Assembly: GCA_965209055.1 (NCBI GenBank)
Contig: OZ242374.1
Location: 3,808,001-3,872,000 of the forward strand
Reading direction: 5' to 3'
DNA: 64,000 nucleotides
Source: Acidobacteriota bacterium
Lineage (GTDB): Bacteria > Acidobacteriota > UBA6911 > RPQK01 > JAJDTT01
Shown: positions 59,215 to 64,000 of the stretch, piece after piece
Layout: each line of letters begins with the position of its first letter
How positions within the stretch are numbered: the stretch's first letter is position 1
Notes under the pieces: model-generated
What the model was told of the DNA's origin: nothing
Database searches by the model: none
What the model saw: only the letters and a program-made list of their open reading frames with translations
Translations under genes and position numbers: made by a program

Positions 59215-60507
59215 TTATCCCTCCCTGGACGTCGAGCTCGTTGCCTCGTCCTGGGCGCGGACTTTCGGAAGTTTGGCGATCAGGAACAGCGACACCACCG
59301 CCGCCGCCAGGGCGAAAATAAAGCTGGCCTGGAACCCGAAATGGTCGGCCAAGGCCCCGTGGGTGCTGGGAGCGAAGAAGCTGGCGCAACTGGTCATCAT
59401 CAGGATCGACATGTTCCGGGTGGAGAGCGCGGGTGACGAGATCCCGACGATGTAGTTGGGGAAGTAGGCGCCGCCCAGCTCACCGGCTCCCATCAATCCG
59501 AAGGCGATGAGGAAGAAGTAGCCGGGAACCGTCCAGCCCCAGATGATGGAGGTCCCCAGCAGTACCATGCAGACGAAGAGGGAGGCCCGCAGGCCGTACC
59601 GCAACGTGATCACGCCCAGGGCATATCCGGCCACGGCCTTGAATCCGAAGCGAAGGGCCATCACCCAACCCGAGTAGTCCTTGGGGTCGCCGCCCAAAAC
59701 CTCCCGGCTGTACAGCGAGAGGGTGGGCATGGCGGTGAAGACCATGAACCACATGAAGAAGCCCAGCCACAGGTAGACCAGCGTGCGGTTTTGAACGAAG
59801 GACTTGAAACTGCCGGAAAAGTAGCTGACGAAGGGTTGACGCGGGGTTTCCGGGACCGAAGCCAGATGGTACCGGCTGGTCAGGTAGCAGGCCATGCCCA
59901 TGCTGGGCGCGCCGATGAGGTAGAGCACGGCGAAGTCATAGGGGTAGGGGAGCCACTCGATGCCACCCCCCAGCACGTACTGGGCCCAGAGGGATCCGGC
60001 CACGGCGAAGATCGGTCCCAGGGCGAAGGTCCACTTGAAGGCCCAGGCGCGGCCTTCAGGTGTCGTGCCCCGCTTCAGGCACTGGTACTTGTACACCTGG
60101 TAGGTGTAGGCGGAAAAACCCTGGATCAGGCCCTGACCGATGACTGCGGTCAAGCGGACCGTATCGCTGAACGGCGCAAAGAGGCAGATGCAGACCAGCG
60201 AGATCATGGTGGTGGTCACGGCGCAGGCGACCACGGCGGTGGTCCGGACGAACCGGTGGGGAACCAGCCACGACAGCAGGGGAGGAGCGAAGGCGCCCAG
60301 AAGATAGGTGGAGGCCGGAAGGTTGGCCACCATGGCGCTGGCCCCCAGCTTGTCCGCCAGCGCGGCCTGGACCACGCCCACGTAGACCACCGGCGCCGCG
60401 AACATGAAGATGCACATGGACACGATGTAGAGGAGGCCGTTGCGGCGGCTCATCTCTTCGGTGGGGAGGAAGAGTGTACCGGTCGCGCCGGGTTCATGGG
60501 GCAGCAT
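59215..60507 (-). CDS. MFS transporter
   Basis: About 12 hydrophobic segments in two halves. Confidence 0.8.
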   Translation of the reverse strand: MLPHEPGATGTLFLPTEEMSRRNGLLYIVSMCIFMFAAPVVYVGVVQAALADKLGASAMVANLPASTYLLGAFAPPLLSWLVPHRFVRTTAVVACAVTTTMISLVCICLFAPFSDTVRLTAVIGQGLIQGFSAYTYQVYKYQCLKRGTTPEGRAWAFKWTFALGPIFAVAGSLWAQYVLGGGIEWLPYPYDFAVLYLIGAPSMGMACYLTSRYHLASVPETPRQPFVSYFSGSFKSFVQNRTLVYLWLGFFMWFMVFTAMPTLSLYSREVLGGDPKDYSGWVMALRFGFKAVAGYALGVITLRYGLRASLFVCMVLLGTSIIWGWTVPGYFFLIAFGLMGAGELGGAYFPNYIVGISSPALSTRNMSILMMTSCASFFAPSTHGALADHFGFQASFIFALAAAVVSLFLIAKLPKVRAQDEATSSTSREG

Positions 60508-60512
60508 TGGTC

Positions 60513-61163
60513 TCAATGGCAACCTCGGCACTCAAAGCTGGTTCCGTGGCAGGGCAGGCAACTGGCCTTGTCCAGTTGGATCTTGCCCGTCCCGTGGAGA
60601 TCGGCGAATTCCTGGGTGTGATCCGCGGGCCGCAGATTCACCCCCTCCAGGTGGCAGTCGCCGCAACTGAAGGGGTTGTCGATCTCCGAGTGACAGACCA
60701 GGCAGTCGGACATGACGGGAAGGGGAGTGGCCTCTCCGGCGTCGAGTCCCCGGTGGCAGGCCATGCAGCCGCCGGACTGGTCCAGGAGGGGCCGGATCTC
60801 AGGTGATCCCAAATACTTGCCGCCGTCGATGGCAGCCGCAAGGAGCGGGGCGAGGTCGCCCATCCGGACATGGAAGGCGTGATCGAATCGGTAGGTGCGC
60901 TCCGGAGCGGTCCAGCGGAGCCGGGCCGGGTCGAGAGGCGTGCGCTCGGGGTCGGAGTGGCACGACAGGCAGACCTCGGGCCGCGGGAAGATCTGATCGC
61001 CGGCTTGACGGCTGGTTTCGGCCCCGGCGTGGCAGTGAGCGCAGGCCAATCCCAGCTCGAGATGAACCGGGTGGGAGAAATCCGGGGAGGCGAGGAGGGT
61101 CAAGCCGAACACCAGGGGCGCGCCAAAGGCGAAGCCGGTTTGGCTCATGCGCTTCCCGGACAT
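60513..61163 (-). CDS. Multiheme c-type cytochrome (7 CxxCH)
   Basis: CAHCH, CLSCH, CMACH, CLVCH, CGDCH, CLPCH, CRGCH; signal peptide; FSH/FDH distal-His motifs. Confidence 0.9.
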   Translation of the reverse strand: MSGKRMSQTGFAFGAPLVFGLTLLASPDFSHPVHLELGLACAHCHAGAETSRQAGDQIFPRPEVCLSCHSDPERTPLDPARLRWTAPERTYRFDHAFHVRMGDLAPLLAAAIDGGKYLGSPEIRPLLDQSGGCMACHRGLDAGEATPLPVMSDCLVCHSEIDNPFSCGDCHLEGVNLRPADHTQEFADLHGTGKIQLDKASCLPCHGTSFECRGCH

Positions 61164-61263
61164 GCGGACCGCTCCCGTCTGGGACGCAGGGGGCCATCGC
61201 CGGGGCGGGCCTGTGCGCCGATTCGCTCCGCGAACACCGGTCCGCGGCGACTGTGGCGGCGGG

Positions 61264-62469
61264 TTAGCTCTTGGGATCGTAGGACACCCGCCAGATCTTG
61301 CCGGCCCCGTCGTCGGAGATCAGCAGCGACCCGTCGACCATCTGCAGCAGCCCCACCGGCCGTCCCCAGACCTCGGGACGATCGGGCGCCAACATCCAGC
61401 CCGTGAGGAAATCGGTGGGACCCGAAGTGGGACGGCCCTTCAGGAAAGGGATGAATGCAATGGAATACCCGACTCGCACCGCCCGGTTGGAGGAGCCGCG
61501 AAAGGCCAGGAAGAGGCCGCCGTGGTATTTCTCGGGGAACTGGCTCCCGCTGTAAAAGAGAATGTCCAGGACCGACACGTGTGCGCCCAGCAGGACGTCC
61601 GGGTAGCGGCTGCTGTCGACCTTCTCCTGGTCGGTCTCCTTGTGGCGCGGCTCCTTGTGGGGACCGGAATAGGCGTCGGGGAAGCCGTAGAAACCGCCCT
61701 GTTCGATGTGGACCAGATAGTCGTCCGGCAGATCGTCGCCCAGTCCGTCCCGTTCCTGCACGCTTCCCCAGAGCTCATCCGTCCCCGGGCGCCAGCGCAG
61801 ACCCACGGTGTTGCGCAGACCGGTGGCGAAGATCTCGTGTCCGCTCCCGTCGGGATTGATCCGGTTGAGGGCTGCGCGGACGGGAGGGTCCCCCTTGCCG
61901 ATGTTGGAGCTGGAACCCACCGTTACGTAGAGCTTTTCGCGCTGCCGGTCAAACAACAGGGTCCGGGTCCAATGACCCTTGCCGAATCCCGCCATGGAGA
62001 AGACCTCCTCGCCCTCTCCCGTGATCCAGAGGTTCTTGTAGGGATAGCGTTTGACGGAGGTGGGCTCGGCCACATAGAGGTAACCCTGGTAGCGGGCCAA
62101 ACCGTAAGGCCGGTCCAATCCTTCCAGGAGGACGGTCTTCTTGCCGTGCATCAGCCGGGTGACGGTTCCCGTCGGTTCATTCCGCTTGCCGCTGTCGGTG
62201 ATCAGAATCTCACCGGTCGGACCCAGGAGCATGAAGCGCGGCTTCTCGAAACCGCTGGCGATGACCTCGGCCTGAAACCCGTCGGGGAGCTTCAGGCTGG
62301 CCCCCTCGGGCCGGGGCACGATCTGCGGTCGGTTGCTGGACGATTTGGAATGGAACGGCTCGGGAAGCTTCCTCCAGTTCACCGGAAGATCGGACGATTG
62401 AGCCAGGACGGCGCCACCGGCCGCCAGCAGGATGCACCAGGAGAATCCGAGGAGTTGACGCGCCTTCAT
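61264..62469 (-). CDS. PQQ-dependent sugar/L-sorbosone dehydrogenase family
   Basis: LPDGF, HWTR, GSSSN, GLRN.VG, ERDGLGDDLP, GRPVGL..DGSLLISDD. Confidence 0.9.
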   Translation of the reverse strand: MKARQLLGFSWCILLAAGGAVLAQSSDLPVNWRKLPEPFHSKSSSNRPQIVPRPEGASLKLPDGFQAEVIASGFEKPRFMLLGPTGEILITDSGKRNEPTGTVTRLMHGKKTVLLEGLDRPYGLARYQGYLYVAEPTSVKRYPYKNLWITGEGEEVFSMAGFGKGHWTRTLLFDRQREKLYVTVGSSSNIGKGDPPVRAALNRINPDGSGHEIFATGLRNTVGLRWRPGTDELWGSVQERDGLGDDLPDDYLVHIEQGGFYGFPDAYSGPHKEPRHKETDQEKVDSSRYPDVLLGAHVSVLDILFYSGSQFPEKYHGGLFLAFRGSSNRAVRVGYSIAFIPFLKGRPTSGPTDFLTGWMLAPDRPEVWGRPVGLLQMVDGSLLISDDGAGKIWRVSYDPKS

Positions 62470-62597
62470 GATGGTTCGGGATGGTAGTTTCCGCACGCGG
62501 GCGAGTCAAGGCGCACCGCCCTCGATTGACTCGGCGCCGGAGGGGGCGAAACAATGCGGACCGGACGACGCTGACACCGGAGTTTCTGGAGGCGTGG

Positions 62598-63422
62598 ATG
62601 GTGGGGGATCGCCGGTTGCCTTCTGCCCTGGACCGCTGGCCGCGGATTCGGGATCGGCTTCAGGCCCGCCGGCTGCTGCTTTTTCTGTCCTACGACGGAG
62701 CGCTGGCCCCCCTGGTCTCCCGGGAGGACATGGCGGTGCTGTCCCGGGGAATGAAGGAGGCGCTCCGCCAACTGGCCGGCCTTTGCCCCACGGTGATCGT
62801 GAGCCGGCGGGGACGACAGGACCTGGCCTCCATGGTGGATATCGACGGCCTCTATCACGCCGGCAGCGACGGGTTGGATTTCTCGGGACCGGGACTGAGG
62901 GGCGGGTCGCGGGCCAAGGTGGAGTGGGTGCGGCAGGTTCGCTCCCTCGCGGCCGACCTGGTCCAGGCGTTCCTGGGAACCGACGGTGTCCTGGTGGATC
63001 CCAGGGACGTTTCCCTGGGCCTCCAATTGGATCCGGCCGCCCGGGCCCGCTCCCCTGAAATAGAGCGCATTCTCGATTCGGTTCTCAGGGGATATCCTCG
63101 CCTGCAGAAGATCCGTGACCGGGATGGTCTGCTGGTGCGGCCCCGTTTGGAATGGGATCGGGGAAGGGCGGCCACGCGGATCGCGGCCGAGTTGGCGCCG
63201 TCCGGAGCCGGACGGATCCCCCTTTACGCGGGGACGCACCCGGCCGACGAGACGGCCTTTCATGCGCTGAGCGCAGCGGGGCTGACCCTCGTCGTGGGCG
63301 GGGCCGGATCGGCCACCGGGGCCCACTATCAGCTTCAAAATCCGGTCGAATTGGAGTCCTTTCTCTTTCGACTCTCGGACCTTGTTCGAGGGACTGAAGA
63401 CGTATCGCGGCGGGGGAATTGA
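62598..63422 (+). CDS. Trehalose-6-phosphate phosphatase (OtsB)-like HAD protein, catalytically degenerate
   Basis: FLSYDGAL, IVSRR, AGSDG, WDRG, AGTHPADETAF align to OtsB motifs; GGAGG SD. Confidence 0.75.
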   Translation: MVGDRRLPSALDRWPRIRDRLQARRLLLFLSYDGALAPLVSREDMAVLSRGMKEALRQLAGLCPTVIVSRRGRQDLASMVDIDGLYHAGSDGLDFSGPGLRGGSRAKVEWVRQVRSLAADLVQAFLGTDGVLVDPRDVSLGLQLDPAARARSPEIERILDSVLRGYPRLQKIRDRDGLLVRPRLEWDRGRAATRIAAELAPSGAGRIPLYAGTHPADETAFHALSAAGLTLVVGGAGSATGAHYQLQNPVELESFLFRLSDLVRGTEDVSRRGN

Positions 63423-63423
63423 C

Positions 63424-64000
63424 ATGCGGGCCATGATCCTGAGGCGGCCGGGAACGAGCCTGGAGCCGGTGGACCTGCCGCCCCTGCACCCGGGACCGGG
63501 GCAGGTGCGCGTCAGGGTTCGGGCCTGCGCCGTGTGCCGCACGGACCTGCACGTGGTGGACGGAGATCTGACCGGCACCAAGCTGCCCATCATCCCCGGG
63601 CATGAAATCGTGGGAGAAGTGGCCGAGTTGGGTCCCGCAGTGCGGCGGCACTCCGTCGGGGACCGGGTCGGAATCCCCTGGCTGGGATGGACCTGCGGGC
63701 AGTGCGGTTACTGCCGTTCGGACCGGGAGAATCTCTGCGAACGGGCCCGGTTCACCGGGTATACATTGAACGGAGGCTACGCCGAAGAGGTCGTGGCCCA
63801 CGAGCGCTACTGCTTTTCGTTGCCGCCGGAGTACTCGGACATCGAGGCGGCCCCCCTCCTGTGTGCCGGCCTCATCGGCTACCGGTCGTTGGTCATGGCC
63901 GGCCCGGGACGGCGTCTGGGCCTCTACGGGTTCGGCGCGGCCGCCCATATCGTCGCCCAGGTGGCCCGGCACCAGGGCAGAAGCGTCTACGCCTTCACCC
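63424..64000 (+). CDS. Zinc-dependent alcohol dehydrogenase (3' truncated by window edge)
   Basis: CAVCRTDLH, PGHEIVG, CGQCGYC...NLC, GLYGFGAAAH. Confidence 0.92.
   Translation, partial: MRAMILRRPGTSLEPVDLPPLHPGPGQVRVRVRACAVCRTDLHVVDGDLTGTKLPIIPGHEIVGEVAELGPAVRRHSVGDRVGIPWLGWTCGQCGYCRSDRENLCERARFTGYTLNGGYAEEVVAHERYCFSLPPEYSDIEAAPLLCAGLIGYRSLVMAGPGRRLGLYGFGAAAHIVAQVARHQGRSVYAFT

Overview
GC-rich bacterial chromosomal window. Gene content (Oar-like TonB receptor, DUF1501/PSCyt pairs, GGAG-type REPs) suggests Acidobacteriota, possibly a marine or sponge-associated lineage (inference). The backbone encodes a Ski2-like helicase, PIG-L deacetylase, TonB receptor, secreted HNH nuclease, a tandemly duplicated PSCyt(DUF1549/1553)+DUF1501 pair, two all-in-one GAF-PAS-HisKA-HATPase-REC-wHTH hybrids, a sugar ABC transporter, DASS and MFS transporters, a heptaheme cytochrome with a sorbosone dehydrogenase-like partner, and other enzymes. 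The most notable structure is a ~9.9-kb P4-type tyrosine-integrase island (30565-40428). It appears to have integrated into a ~160-bp palindromic MITE rather than a tRNA. Inside, it is built from two tandem modules, each starting with a ~300-bp element whose branched hairpin shows compensatory base changes and ending with a 39-bp repeat. The modules carry different DNA-targeting cargo (PD-(D/E)XK nuclease; RHH-SepA-DUF4357 plus T5orf172). Also present: an intact IS5 splitting a PIN toxin gene, a deleted VapC, a GTAA-ended MITE, many REPs and two likely pseudoenzymes. No rRNA, tRNA or CRISPR array was seen. All calls are from motif recognition by eye, not database searches.
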